A stretch of DNA of 63,351 nt, counting the filler, from an uncultured Methanosarcinales archaeon (GTDB lineage: Archaea; Nanobdellota; Nanobdellia; Woesearchaeales; GW2011-AR9): assembly GCA_964434885.1 (NCBI GenBank). It is 4 parts of 4 records of this genome, joined end to end, with 100 filler letters (N's around TTAATTAATTAA, not from the genome) between each part and the next. Parts side by side here need not be neighbours in the genome. Positions count along the whole stretch, not along the records: positions 20,240 to 40,299 come from CAYSWQ010000013.1; 3 more parts are not named here. The stretch is one strand, 5' to 3'. The notes under the pieces are model-generated. The model was given only the letters and a program-made list of their open reading frames with translations, was not told the DNA's origin and did no database searches. Shown here in pieces: positions 29,339 to 39,053 of the stretch; position 1 is the first letter of the stretch; every line of letters starts with the position of its first letter. The translations under genes were made by a program, and so were the position numbers.

Positions 29339-32300
29339 AAGGAAAAAGAAGGATTTTGTTGTTTTTTCTAGTGTTCTTGTTTCTAGTTTCTCAAGTTTTA
29401 GCGCTTACTACAGAACAAGATGCTTTTAAAAAAACCCCCTCCTTAGCTAATTTTTATAAATTAGACAAACCCACTGTTCTTGATTTTGGTAAATTGAATA
29501 TTGAAGACCAAGCAGACTATTTGCTAAAAAAGAATAAATACAACGAAGAATTTGCTAAGGCTTATCTTAATAAATTGGTTAATTTTAATTCAGTTAAATC
29601 AAAATTGGTTGGAGATGAGTTTTTTATTCATTCTAATAAAATAGGTAATGTAAATGATAATAAAAATTCTTTTCAGAAATATATGGTGAGTAAGTACAAA
29701 TTTGGATCTTTTTTATTAGAGAAAAAAAGTAAAGTAGTTAAGTTTGATGGAAAGAATTTTGAGACCACTGGTAAGGCTGCTTCTTCGATCAGTAATATTC
29801 ATCAATTATCTGGGAAAAAAATTACTATTAAAGAAGACGGTAAAATAATTGTTAGTGGAGCAGAGTTTGAAGGGTTGGGTTTTTCATATGATCAGAGAAC
29901 TGGGAGTTTTTCAAATAAAGGCTCAGGGAGAATTAATGGATATTCTTTTTCAAATGGTGAAGGAATTAAAGTATTTATAAAACAAAAAGAAAAATATGGC
30001 GTAAGGATTAGTGGTTATTTTGATAATTTTAAAGGAGTTAAATTTAATACTGCTGGCCAAAAATATTTTGTTCTTTATCATTCAAAAACTAACACTTTGC
30101 ATTGCAAGGATGCAATTATAGATAGTGTTTCTTTAGATACTAACATTAATATCAAAGGAAGTAAAATAATATTGCCGGATGGAAATAAAGATGGGAACTT
30201 TGATGAATTGTATCAAGGAAGTATTTATTATGAAAATGGTAAACCTAGAATAGTAAAAGAGAATTCTAATGTAATGATTATGGGTGTTAGACATAAGACA
30301 AAGAAAAATAGTGAACTTAATTTGATATATGGTACAGATTATGTTAAGACTGTTCCAATTACAAGAAAATCAGTAAAAATTCCAGAAGGTAGATACTTTA
30401 AATTTATTCGAATAGCAACTGATACTGATGGAATTGAAGAAGAATTGAGAAAAGAATTATTAAAAAAATATGTCGGAATCAAAACCACCGAACAAATAGA
30501 TCAAGAAGTTAGTGATTTAATGAATGAATTGGAAAAAAGAGATTTTTCTATTATTAGACAGAAAGAGATATTACCCATAAGTTATCCAGGAGGTAAGGGG
30601 TTTGGAGGAATGAATTTAATGGAAGTTTTAGCTAAAAAAGCTAAAGGCCAAAAAATTAAATTTGATCTTAAAAATAAAAATGAGAGACCCCCAATATTGA
30701 GTTTTCCTCGAAAAATGAGAATCAATGGAAATCCTGCTTGGTTAGAATATGATAGTAAAAAGGGCCAATGGGATTATGTTTATCGAGAACAAGATTTAAG
30801 TAAAATATCTAGTAAATTGAATAAAGATAAAAATTATTTTGGATATTTGCCTCAAACTGAACAAGCAATAGTAAAAGGAAAAGATTTTACAAGCACTTTT
30901 ACACCTCAGAATAATATTTTTGAAGCAACTGATTATGGATTTGGTGAAACTAGAGAATATAATATTAAAGTAACTCCTAAGAAAGGGGAAGTGCAAATTA
31001 AACCGGCACCTTATGAGTTTTTTTTGGCTTTAGGAACCAAAGTAGAAGGTAAAGCAGAAATCGAAAATGGTAATTGGAAGATGGATTTCGATGGAAAAAA
31101 AGTATATGGTAGACCATTGAGTTCTGGAAAATTGAAGCAATCTGAAATTGTTCCTGATGGGGCAGATATGTTGATATCTTATCAAAATAAAAGATACCAA
31201 TTAGATGTAGATAGGATAAATCCAGCTAAAAGATCAGTAAGTATAAGTGATTTTTATTCTAAAGTTGATAAAGATAATGTGGCAGTATTAAATCAGAAAG
31301 TTAAAGAGAAAGTTGATGGATTCAATAATCAACATAAAAAAACATTAACAGATTTGAATAAGCGAATGGAAGAAATTCAAAAGAAAATATTACAAAAACA
31401 TGGGTTGCAATCATGGTTTGCATATGAGGATTCTAGAATTCAGAACTTTGATGCAGAATTAAAAAAAGCAAGAGCAGCAGGAAAAGACGTATCTGAAATT
31501 TTGAGGAAAAGGTTTGTTGTAATTCAAGAAATAGCTGAAAAGCAAAAAAAAGTAAAAATTGAAACTATTAAACATAAAGAGCACGTAAAAATTGTTCAAC
31601 GATTGAAAGAATTGGATAAATTAAGAACAGCAGAAGTTAAAGATTTTTTGGAAGAAATCAAAAAGATAAATACTAAATATCATGATCAGTTTGAAAATTC
31701 AAGAAGAGGAATGTTTTATCAAAAAATAAAAACTAGTGGGGGAGAAGCTACGTATGCGGAGTCAGTAGATTCACAACCAGTAATTTTTAATTCAAAAAGT
31801 CGTACTCGAAGATATGGGCAGCAATATGGTCAAGCTCATGTTCATGAGAGAGGTTATCCAGTAGATGTTTTAGTTTTAGATGTTCCAAAGAATCAAGAAT
31901 GTATTGATACTCAAATGAGGTTAAGATATGAATGGTTAGTAGGACAAAAGAAGAATGTGGAATTTGTATTTCCAATTAAAGGAGGAAAATTAAATTTAAA
32001 AGAATGGAAAAAAGGATCATACAAGAAGTATAGGTTAGTTAATAATCGTTTTGTAGCTAGTGATAAATTTGAAGTTAAATGGCCTACAGCTACAGGTAAG
32101 GTTAAAACAGCTAAATCTTATGGAGAACTTAAGAATTTATTGATTGCAGATGTTGATTATTTGATAGCTAAAAAAGAAAAGGAATTAAAAAAGAAGTTTA
32201 CTAAGAATGAGATAGAAAACACTAAGAAATTATATTTAAAAAGATTAGAAAGGAAATATCCTAAATTACAAAAAAGTAATTCTGGACCAAGTTATCTTAA

Positions 32301-32898
32301 TGCAGTAATGGGTTGGACTGGAACTAAAACTTATCAAAGTTTGTATCAGAGAAAAAGTTTAGAAAAACATGTTGATATTCGTACACATCCTAGTCAGATT
32401 AAACCAGGAGATATTTTGGTGATTGTGAATGTTAGGGGAGAAAGAAAAGTTAATCCAGAGCGAGAAAGATTGGCTGGAGGACATGCTCTGGGAATTAAGG
32501 AAGTGATTGAAACTGCTGATGGAAAAAGATATTTAAAAATATTTGCAGGTAGTCAACCAGCTCATGATGCGAGAATTTATGAATCTGATTTGGTTCCATT
32601 AGGAAAAGGAGAAATTTCTGGTCGAACATTTATCTATGGATGGAAAAATGAAGGTAGTAAAAGTGAAGTAACAAAGCCAGTGGTAATTCTTAAACCTAAA
32701 GAAATTGCTAAGCCTAAAGAAGAGAAAGACAAAGCTAAGAGCATACAAACCGTTAAACCCAAAGAAGAGAAAGACAAAGCTAAGAGCATACAAACAATCA
32801 CTATTGATGAAGGATTAGTTATTGATCGTAAAAAATTGAAATTTGATGAAGGTTTAATTATTGATCGTAAAGATTTAATTGGGAATAATACAAAATAA
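29335..32898 (+). CDS. Large secreted protein with a C-terminal DUF4846-like papain-fold (Cys/His) domain
   Basis: Signal peptide; QECIDTQMRLRYEWL...YLNAVMGWTGT...IKPGDI...GGHALGIKEV...G.RYL.IFAGSQPAHD resembles the DUF4846 pattern QCAD..RLRAEYL...PGD...GHA...SYMPAQ as recalled. Confidence 0.65.
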   Translation: MKGKRRILLFFLVFLFLVSQVLALTTEQDAFKKTPSLANFYKLDKPTVLDFGKLNIEDQADYLLKKNKYNEEFAKAYLNKLVNFNSVKSKLVGDEFFIHSNKIGNVNDNKNSFQKYMVSKYKFGSFLLEKKSKVVKFDGKNFETTGKAASSISNIHQLSGKKITIKEDGKIIVSGAEFEGLGFSYDQRTGSFSNKGSGRINGYSFSNGEGIKVFIKQKEKYGVRISGYFDNFKGVKFNTAGQKYFVLYHSKTNTLHCKDAIIDSVSLDTNINIKGSKIILPDGNKDGNFDELYQGSIYYENGKPRIVKENSNVMIMGVRHKTKKNSELNLIYGTDYVKTVPITRKSVKIPEGRYFKFIRIATDTDGIEEELRKELLKKYVGIKTTEQIDQEVSDLMNELEKRDFSIIRQKEILPISYPGGKGFGGMNLMEVLAKKAKGQKIKFDLKNKNERPPILSFPRKMRINGNPAWLEYDSKKGQWDYVYREQDLSKISSKLNKDKNYFGYLPQTEQAIVKGKDFTSTFTPQNNIFEATDYGFGETREYNIKVTPKKGEVQIKPAPYEFFLALGTKVEGKAEIENGNWKMDFDGKKVYGRPLSSGKLKQSEIVPDGADMLISYQNKRYQLDVDRINPAKRSVSISDFYSKVDKDNVAVLNQKVKEKVDGFNNQHKKTLTDLNKRMEEIQKKILQKHGLQSWFAYEDSRIQNFDAELKKARAAGKDVSEILRKRFVVIQEIAEKQKKVKIETIKHKEHVKIVQRLKELDKLRTAEVKDFLEEIKKINTKYHDQFENSRRGMFYQKIKTSGGEATYAESVDSQPVIFNSKSRTRRYGQQYGQAHVHERGYPVDVLVLDVPKNQECIDTQMRLRYEWLVGQKKNVEFVFPIKGGKLNLKEWKKGSYKKYRLVNNRFVASDKFEVKWPTATGKVKTAKSYGELKNLLIADVDYLIAKKEKELKKKFTKNEIENTKKLYLKRLERKYPKLQKSNSGPSYLNAVMGWTGTKTYQSLYQRKSLEKHVDIRTHPSQIKPGDILVIVNVRGERKVNPERERLAGGHALGIKEVIETADGKRYLKIFAGSQPAHDARIYESDLVPLGKGEISGRTFIYGWKNEGSKSEVTKPVVILKPKEIAKPKEEKDKAKSIQTVKPKEEKDKAKSIQTITIDEGLVIDRKKLKFDEGLIIDRKDLIGNNTK
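32716..32871. repeat. Two short in-frame tandem duplications (periods 45 and 39 nt) in the 3' end of the large secreted gene
   Basis: aaagaagagaaagacaaagctaagagcatacaaac at 32716 and 32761; DEGL.IDRK twice. Confidence 0.85.
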
Positions 32899-32900
32899 TA

Positions 32901-33524
32901 TTATTTTGGATTAAGAATACGGAGATGATCTTCTGAAGTCAATTTTTGGCAGTCTGAACCATTTTTTTTGCAATTTTCTAAATAAGTTGAGTAAAATGAA
33001 ACGTCTTCGGAGTTAATAGTCCACCCATAATTAGGTTTGAAATTGCCTACTCGATCACAAAAATCTTCTAATCCTTCACCATCTAAATGTTGAAAAGGAT
33101 AATTAAATAATTGTTTTTTTACTTCTTCTGAATTAGTTTGAGAATGAGGTATTGAAGGCAGCCCATAATTTAATAATTCTTGTAACAACACAATAGTGTG
33201 GCCAGATACATTGGTTGTAGCATAACATTTTAAGTCAGGATGAAGTTGAACATCAACTTTAACATCTAAATTAGTAGTTGGACTAGTAACTATAACTTTT
33301 TGACCATTGATTTCAATTGGATGGATAATATTTTGTCTATCTTGGCCTAGTAAGTAACTATTTTTTTGATGAAGATTTTTGATATCTAAATCAATTGATT
33401 GATTGATTGTTTCTGATTCATTAAGTGAATGTTTAACATAACTATTTTGGGCAGAGCAACTTAATGTACAAATAACTAATGGAGTTACTAAATATTTTTT
33501 GATTAATTGGTTCATTTTTTCCAC
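32901..33524 (-). CDS. Putative lipoprotein, hypothetical
   Basis: Hydrophobic leader ending LSC; overlaps the upstream NlpC/P60 gene. Confidence 0.6.
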   Translation of the reverse strand: MEKMNQLIKKYLVTPLVICTLSCSAQNSYVKHSLNESETINQSIDLDIKNLHQKNSYLLGQDRQNIIHPIEINGQKVIVTSPTTNLDVKVDVQLHPDLKCYATTNVSGHTIVLLQELLNYGLPSIPHSQTNSEEVKKQLFNYPFQHLDGEGLEDFCDRVGNFKPNYGWTINSEDVSFYSTYLENCKKNGSDCQKLTSEDHLRILNPK

Positions 33525-34573
33525 CTTAAAATAGCACTAGGCATACCAATATATTTTATTTTAGTAATTTCTGGTTCACCATACAAGGTATGAATAACTT
33601 TGTCTTCCATACTTAATGAATTATCGCTGGCACTTTGGTAAAAAACAGCAATGTGGCGTCGAAAGTAAATTAGATCTCCATTTTTGGGAGAAGTACCAAA
33701 AGGTAATTTTTTGATAAGACGACGATTATTAAGTAAGCCTTTTGACCAAGTGTAATTTGTTTTGAAGCCTTGTCTTCTTCTACCATAAACAGGTAGGTCA
33801 GCACAGTCAGATCCAATTTGATTGTCTACTTGGAATGGTTTACTGCCCCAAATATAAGGTGTATTAAAGAGTTCAAATATGTAATCGGTTGCTTGGCCAG
33901 TTGCAGGACGAAAAGAAACTCGATGCACTTTATTGCTAAGTCCTCCCCCTGCTAATTTCTTTTTACCAGGACTAGAAACCCTTTTTCCGTTTAATTTTAT
34001 ACTAACTTTATAGCGCATCACCCCTAGGCCAGTTTCAAGATCTGGGAATTGGTCTTGTAAATCAGTTGGATGAACATCTGCTTTTACTTTCCAACCTTCT
34101 TTCCATGGGGTTTCGGTATAATCTATGGGGTTTCTTTTTGAAACGTAAGCATAACTATTTCTAAAAGGTTCTACTTTAAACCATTCAATTAACAAATCAC
34201 AAGGGAGATTCCAATTTTTTGTTTGTTTATTCCCTTTGAATTTAGGTTTGATTGCTTCACTAAAATAAATTGTTTTGTTGTCAAGTTTTGCTTTTAAGAT
34301 GGCGTAAAGGGAAACTTCATCTTTAGTTGATACTTTTTTTGGTTTTTGGTTAATTTTACTTGAATTATTGATTTGAGAAACAATTTGTATATCTAAAAGG
34401 GAGAGATTAGGTAAAGTTTTACAATACTCTTTTTGAGGTGGTGGTTTGGGAATATGGTGTGTGGTAACATTACTATTTGTGGAAGAAGAAACTACTTTTT
34501 CTAATTTTTGATCTTGACAACCACCATATAAAGTTGATATTAATGCCAAAGTTGAAATAAATTTTTTAAACAT
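33512..34573 (-). CDS. Putative lipoprotein with a C-terminal NlpC/P60 (C40-like) domain
   Basis: Leader LYGGC; PYIWGS, GSDCADL, GDLIYF, HIAVF, VIH motifs. Confidence 0.78.
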   Translation of the reverse strand: MFKKFISTLALISTLYGGCQDQKLEKVVSSSTNSNVTTHHIPKPPPQKEYCKTLPNLSLLDIQIVSQINNSSKINQKPKKVSTKDEVSLYAILKAKLDNKTIYFSEAIKPKFKGNKQTKNWNLPCDLLIEWFKVEPFRNSYAYVSKRNPIDYTETPWKEGWKVKADVHPTDLQDQFPDLETGLGVMRYKVSIKLNGKRVSSPGKKKLAGGGLSNKVHRVSFRPATGQATDYIFELFNTPYIWGSKPFQVDNQIGSDCADLPVYGRRRQGFKTNYTWSKGLLNNRRLIKKLPFGTSPKNGDLIYFRRHIAVFYQSASDNSLSMEDKVIHTLYGEPEITKIKYIGMPSAILRWKK

Positions 34574-34706
34574 AGTTTAGAAGAAATATGTAATTTTTTA
34601 TAAAACTTTTGTTTGTTTTTACTTAATAGTAGTTTAACTAACCATGATTTAAAAGTCTCAGTTTTTTCTATAAATTTATTAATTTGGAAAGTATTTGGGT
34701 AGTATA

Positions 34707-35681
34707 ATGTATCAAATGTCTCAAGGTTACTCAAGAGGAGCTTGTACTAATTGTAGCAGTTGTGGAGGATGTTCAAGTGGTGGTTTAGAACATATTGCTG
34801 CGTCTGAAGTTAGTTATCAAGGTTCTAGTGAAGAAGTAGTAAGTTATTCTGGTTCTAATGTTGCCCATTATGAAGTGAGTGATGGGGTTGGTGATAATTA
34901 TTCTTTTGGTTCTTCAGTTAGTGGATATAATTTTGGTTCTGTTGCAAATAGTGGTTATTCATTTAGTTCTAATTTGGCTGGAAGATATAGTGCTTCTTTT
35001 AATTCAGGAGGATTTTTGAATTATAATCAGTTAGATCAAGGGATTTCTAATCAAAATTATAAAACTAGTTTGAGAAATATTGGGTTGATTAATAATGTTT
35101 TTAGTTCTAATTTAGATCAAGGTCCTGGATTTATTCCAGATAATTTTCTAAAACCAAATAGAATTAGTCATAAATTTGTTGGAAAGGCTGAAGAAATTAG
35201 AAGTGAAATTGAAGAGACTTTTTTAACTTTAACTGGGTTGGAATTTCCAGAAGATGTACGTATTAAGATTTGTGATAGGAAGGAATTCAATAAATTCACT
35301 TCTAATCTAGGGGTGGTTGGTTTATCTATAAATAGAAAAGAACAAGGATTAATTTCAGATATTTTTATTCTTAATGATGAATTCGATAAAGTGATGTTGA
35401 CTATTGGGCATGAATTAGGTCATGTTATGTCTAGAACATTAAATGATTCTAAAGATGAAGAGGCAAAAGCTTTTGCTTTTAGTTTTGCTTGGATGAAAAC
35501 GATTAAAGAAAACAATATTGGTGAATTGGGAAGAAGTATTGTTTTTGATAGTCCCGCCAGTAATGGAATTCATGATGTGGCTTTTAGTTTTGTTACTAAG
35601 AAACTTAAAGAAGGAAAAGAAGCATTAGAATTGTATTGGGATTTGGTTAAAGGTTTGGGTGGAGTTTCTATTGTTGGTTGA
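34707..35681 (+). CDS. HExxH (zincin-like) protein with an N-terminal Cys cluster and S/G/Y/N low-complexity region
   Basis: CTNCSSCGGC; TIGHELGHV...EEAKAFAF. Confidence 0.65.
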   Translation: MYQMSQGYSRGACTNCSSCGGCSSGGLEHIAASEVSYQGSSEEVVSYSGSNVAHYEVSDGVGDNYSFGSSVSGYNFGSVANSGYSFSSNLAGRYSASFNSGGFLNYNQLDQGISNQNYKTSLRNIGLINNVFSSNLDQGPGFIPDNFLKPNRISHKFVGKAEEIRSEIEETFLTLTGLEFPEDVRIKICDRKEFNKFTSNLGVVGLSINRKEQGLISDIFILNDEFDKVMLTIGHELGHVMSRTLNDSKDEEAKAFAFSFAWMKTIKENNIGELGRSIVFDSPASNGIHDVAFSFVTKKLKEGKEALELYWDLVKGLGGVSIVG

Positions 35682-35685
35682 TGTA

Positions 35686-36513
35686 CTATTTTTTCAAATA
35701 ACTTAGTCTTTTTTCTTCTTCCAATCTTTCAATAGAATATCTTAACATTGTTCTAGGCATTTCTTTAACATGTTTATCTAAAAATTGTTCTAGGAGGAAT
35801 TGGTCTTTTTTCCCAACTTCTCTTAACATCCATCCAACAGCTTTATGTATTAAATCATGATTATCATTTAATAAAAGTTTTGCAATTTTTAATGTATGAG
35901 AAAAGTCATTATTTTTTATAAAATAACGGAGGCAGTAATGAAAAGAATACTCATNNNNNNNNNNCATCCACCCAACAGCTTTATGGATTAAATCATGTTG
36001 GTCTTTTAGTAATAATTTAGCAATTTTAATTGAGTCTTTAAAATCATTGTTTTTGATGAACGCAAAGGTTGCTAAAACTGAAATTCTTCGTTCCCATAAA
36101 TCAGTAGATTTTACCAATTTGTATAAAATTGAGCGGTTGTTGTTAATTAAGTAATTGCCAACCGTTTTTGGAATAGTAACATCCACTAAATCCCAATTGT
36201 TAATGTGTTTGGTGTTGTTTAAGAAAAAGTGATAGATATCTTTTCTTTGTTCGGGATATTTTTCATATTTGTAAACTAACATTACCAAAGTACACATTCT
36301 AAATTCATGGTATTTACTAGAAACTAATTCTTTTGCTTGTTGTAAATTTAATTCTTGAAAATATTTTTTAGCTACACTTCTAACTTGGGGCATAGTTATT
36401 CCTAAGAAAATATCTCCTTCTCCATATTCTCCTGGACCGGTTTTGAAAAATCTTTGATAAAGGGGTGCTTTTTCTGGATTGGCTAATTTTTTTAATTCTT
36501 TTTCGATTTGCAT
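35686..36513 (-). CDS. alkD: AlkD-family DNA alkylation repair protein, scaffolded across an N gap with a duplicated segment
   Basis: FFKTGPGEYGEGD.FLG, NNWDLVD, WERR, HDLIHKAVGWMLREVGK, MPRTMLRYSIE. Confidence 0.85.
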   Translation of the reverse strand: MQIEKELKKLANPEKAPLYQRFFKTGPGEYGEGDIFLGITMPQVRSVAKKYFQELNLQQAKELVSSKYHEFRMCTLVMLVYKYEKYPEQRKDIYHFFLNNTKHINNWDLVDVTIPKTVGNYLINNNRSILYKLVKSTDLWERRISVLATFAFIKNNDFKDSIKIAKLLLKDQHDLIHKAVGWMXXXXEYSFHYCLRYFIKNNDFSHTLKIAKLLLNDNHDLIHKAVGWMLREVGKKDQFLLEQFLDKHVKEMPRTMLRYSIERLEEEKRLSYLKK

Positions 36514-36556
36514 GAAATAATTAAATAATGAGTATCTATAAATGTTTCTTTTATAT

Positions 36557-36717
36557 GGCTCCGTAGAAATGCTAAAATTAAAGCATCGGACTACGCTCTT
36601 TGGATGTATTTTTCAAATCCGGCTCCTCCCCGGATGGGACAACCCCCTCCGGAGACAATGTTATTTTCAAAGTACTGCTTCGTGAATTGATGCTTTAAAA
36701 AGCAATTCTACAGAGCC
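36557..36717. mobile_element. MITE-like 161-bp element with ~30-bp imperfect terminal inverted repeats
   Basis: ggctccgtagaaatgct..taaagcatc / gatgcttta..agcaattctacagagcc; ttttatat on both flanks; no ORF. Confidence 0.6.
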
Positions 36718-36772
36718 TTTTTATATTTTAAAAAACCTAAATTTTTATAATTGATTATGAAGTAAATGAAAT

Positions 36773-37723
36773 ATGATAGATAAAATTTCTGAGGAAATTA
36801 GAAAATCATTAGATTATTCAAAAGAAGATAAGATTATTTTTAATGGAAAACTAATAGAAGTAAATAAGAACAATTTTTCTTCGATTGTTAAATCAGATTC
36901 GGATGTTAAACTAGCTTTTATTGATGGTGGACAAGCTGAAATTATAACTGGAGGTAATTTTTGTTTAAGTTTTATTAGACTTTTTGCTTTGGTTTTTCAA
37001 AACAATAAAAGAGTGGATTCAATAAAAAAAGAATTTTATCTTTTAACTCGAGCAAAATATTTGGGAAATGAATTATATTATGAAAGTCAGATTTTTCTTA
37101 GTTCTGGAGAGAAATTGGTTTCAGAAGAAGATTTATTTATTTCTTCGATGGATAAAACTATTCGCTCTGGATTGGAAAGGGCATCAATTTCAAAAATAAG
37201 TAATATGGCTAGGAGATTTGGAGAATTAGCTTTGGTTAAGATTATGGCTGAAAGAGAAGATATTGGTTTTGTGTTAATGGATGGAACATTAGACCAAACA
37301 TTCAAGAATGAAGATAAGTATTTGAATTTAAATGAAAAAGTTTGTGCGTTAGCTAAATCTTGTAATTTATTTACAACTGCCGGAGATAATCCAATGATGT
37401 TGTTGAATAGAATGGAGAAGTCTGGTTGTTGGAGCTATTTTTTAGAAGAGAAAACAAAGTTTGTCAAATTACATGAAAATAGTAAACATGTTTTTCGTTT
37501 TACTGGGAATGAAAAGATATTGGCTAGTTTAGTTGGTGGAAGTAAAGATGCATTGTTTTTAGGTTATCCTTATGGGTTGATAGCAGTTGATCAGATGGCT
37601 AGAATTTCAAATATGGAAAAAGCGTCTTTGAAAAGTAGATTTCTTTTAAGAGCTGAGAATAAAGTAATTAGGGATTATTTAGTATCTAATAATGCGCATG
37701 ATATTTTAGATAATCTTGGTTGA
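36773..37723 (+). CDS. nurA: NurA-family nuclease
   Basis: AFIDGG, RRFGE, LMDGTL, ALAK, GYPYGLIAVDQMARIS. Confidence 0.75.
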   Translation: MIDKISEEIRKSLDYSKEDKIIFNGKLIEVNKNNFSSIVKSDSDVKLAFIDGGQAEIITGGNFCLSFIRLFALVFQNNKRVDSIKKEFYLLTRAKYLGNELYYESQIFLSSGEKLVSEEDLFISSMDKTIRSGLERASISKISNMARRFGELALVKIMAEREDIGFVLMDGTLDQTFKNEDKYLNLNEKVCALAKSCNLFTTAGDNPMMLLNRMEKSGCWSYFLEEKTKFVKLHENSKHVFRFTGNEKILASLVGGSKDALFLGYPYGLIAVDQMARISNMEKASLKSRFLLRAENKVIRDYLVSNNAHDILDNLG

Positions 37724-38410
37724 TTATCTTTTCAAAACTAATTTTTTCTTTACTTTGAGGTTATGGGATAAAAAGACAATATCAAAATTACTTTCCATGA
37801 ATTGTTCTGGTCGTAAAGCAAAAGTAGCATTTGTTATGTATTTTAATATTTTTTCTTCAAATGATTTTACTTTACTGAAAGTTCTTAATTTGGTGTTATG
37901 TCCAGCATGAAGATATGATTCATTAATCAATTCAGTACAAAAAATTTTGTCAATACCTTTTTTGAAATCAAAATCGTAAGGTTTTCCTAGTTGTTTATGG
38001 GCATAAGAAATTGCCTTTTTGATAATTCTTTTTCTCCATTTGGTTTGTTTAGGTAAACGGAGAATAACTAATGTATCATATTCGGTAAATAAGTGATGCA
38101 AGGAAACATATTCTACTCCATCTCCAATTGCATGTATGAATTTTCTTCTTCCTACATATAATGCAGTATGGGTAACGGAACCTCTAATAAAAAGAGCGGA
38201 TGTTTCTCTTAAATTACCGAGTAATGCAACATCTCCTTTTTTTAAGATTAACCTAGCTTTAATTAAGTCTTGATGAGATAATAGGTTTTTTCTAGGATGA
38301 ATTATAATTCCAGTAAAAAAATATATTAGGTTTGCTGTTAGTTTTTTGTAAAATGGATAATGTTTTGGAAAATTATCGATCCAATGTGTTTTTTTGATGA
38401 TGTTATACAT
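37724..38410 (-). CDS. Permuted papain-like NlpC/P60 amidase (YiiX/YebB family)
   Basis: KGDV...THTALYVG...IHAI...GKPYDFDF...IFCTELI (His before Cys). Confidence 0.85.
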   Translation of the reverse strand: MYNIIKKTHWIDNFPKHYPFYKKLTANLIYFFTGIIIHPRKNLLSHQDLIKARLILKKGDVALLGNLRETSALFIRGSVTHTALYVGRRKFIHAIGDGVEYVSLHHLFTEYDTLVILRLPKQTKWRKRIIKKAISYAHKQLGKPYDFDFKKGIDKIFCTELINESYLHAGHNTKLRTFSKVKSFEEKILKYITNATFALRPEQFMESNFDIVFLSHNLKVKKKLVLKR

Positions 38411-38487
38411 AAAACTAGAATAATTTTTTACTATAAATATTTTTCTTAATGAAAAAACTTAAAAGAATTAAAATATTTCTTATTTTT

Positions 38488-39045
38488 ATGAATTTACATA
38501 ATTTTGTTAAAAAAGAGAAAAAGATTTGGCATCAGAGATTTTTGCCTAGTTTAATTGCAGGGGTAGCAGTAGCTATTTTGACTTTATTTTTTCAGATGAC
38601 TGCACATAATGTTGTAATGTTTGCTTCTCTCGGGGCATCAGCAGCTATTTTAACACATAAATTTATTCATCGGTTAACTATTTTGTATACAGTTATCTTT
38701 TCTTATTTAATTGCATTATTAATAAGTTTACCAATTTTTTATTTAGTTAAGGATTTTCCATATGCATTTCCTATTTCTATATTGATTGTAGTTACATTTA
38801 CTACTTTAACACTTTATTTGTTGAATATTTTTCATCCTCCAGCTATTTCTGCAGCAATAGCTTTTCTTTTGATTCAAGATTCTTTATCTGAAAGAGTGTT
38901 AATCTTTTTATCTGTAATTGTACTTTTGATAATTATTAAATTATTAACTTATTTCTTTTATTATGAAAATTTAAACATTAAAAAATTTCATCATGAATTT
39001 ATGTTTTGGAAGAAGAGAGTTTTTAGGAAAATTGAAAAATTTTAG
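38488..39045 (+). CDS. HPP-family membrane protein
   Basis: FASLGASAAIL and FHPPA; several TM helices. Confidence 0.8.
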   Translation: MNLHNFVKKEKKIWHQRFLPSLIAGVAVAILTLFFQMTAHNVVMFASLGASAAILTHKFIHRLTILYTVIFSYLIALLISLPIFYLVKDFPYAFPISILIVVTFTTLTLYLLNIFHPPAISAAIAFLLIQDSLSERVLIFLSVIVLLIIIKLLTYFFYYENLNIKKFHHEFMFWKKRVFRKIEKF

Positions 39046-39053
39046 AAATAATT

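Noticed and set aside
35800..36070. Apparent internal duplication in AlkD (FIKNNDF...HDLIHKAVGWM twice)
   Set aside because: The copies flank a 10-N scaffold gap; more likely two alleles or paralogues joined by scaffolding than a real repeat.
36620..36660. GC-rich core as SRP RNA or RNase P RNA
   Set aside because: No SRP helix 8 motif or RNase P P4 consensus recognised on either strand, and it is too short.
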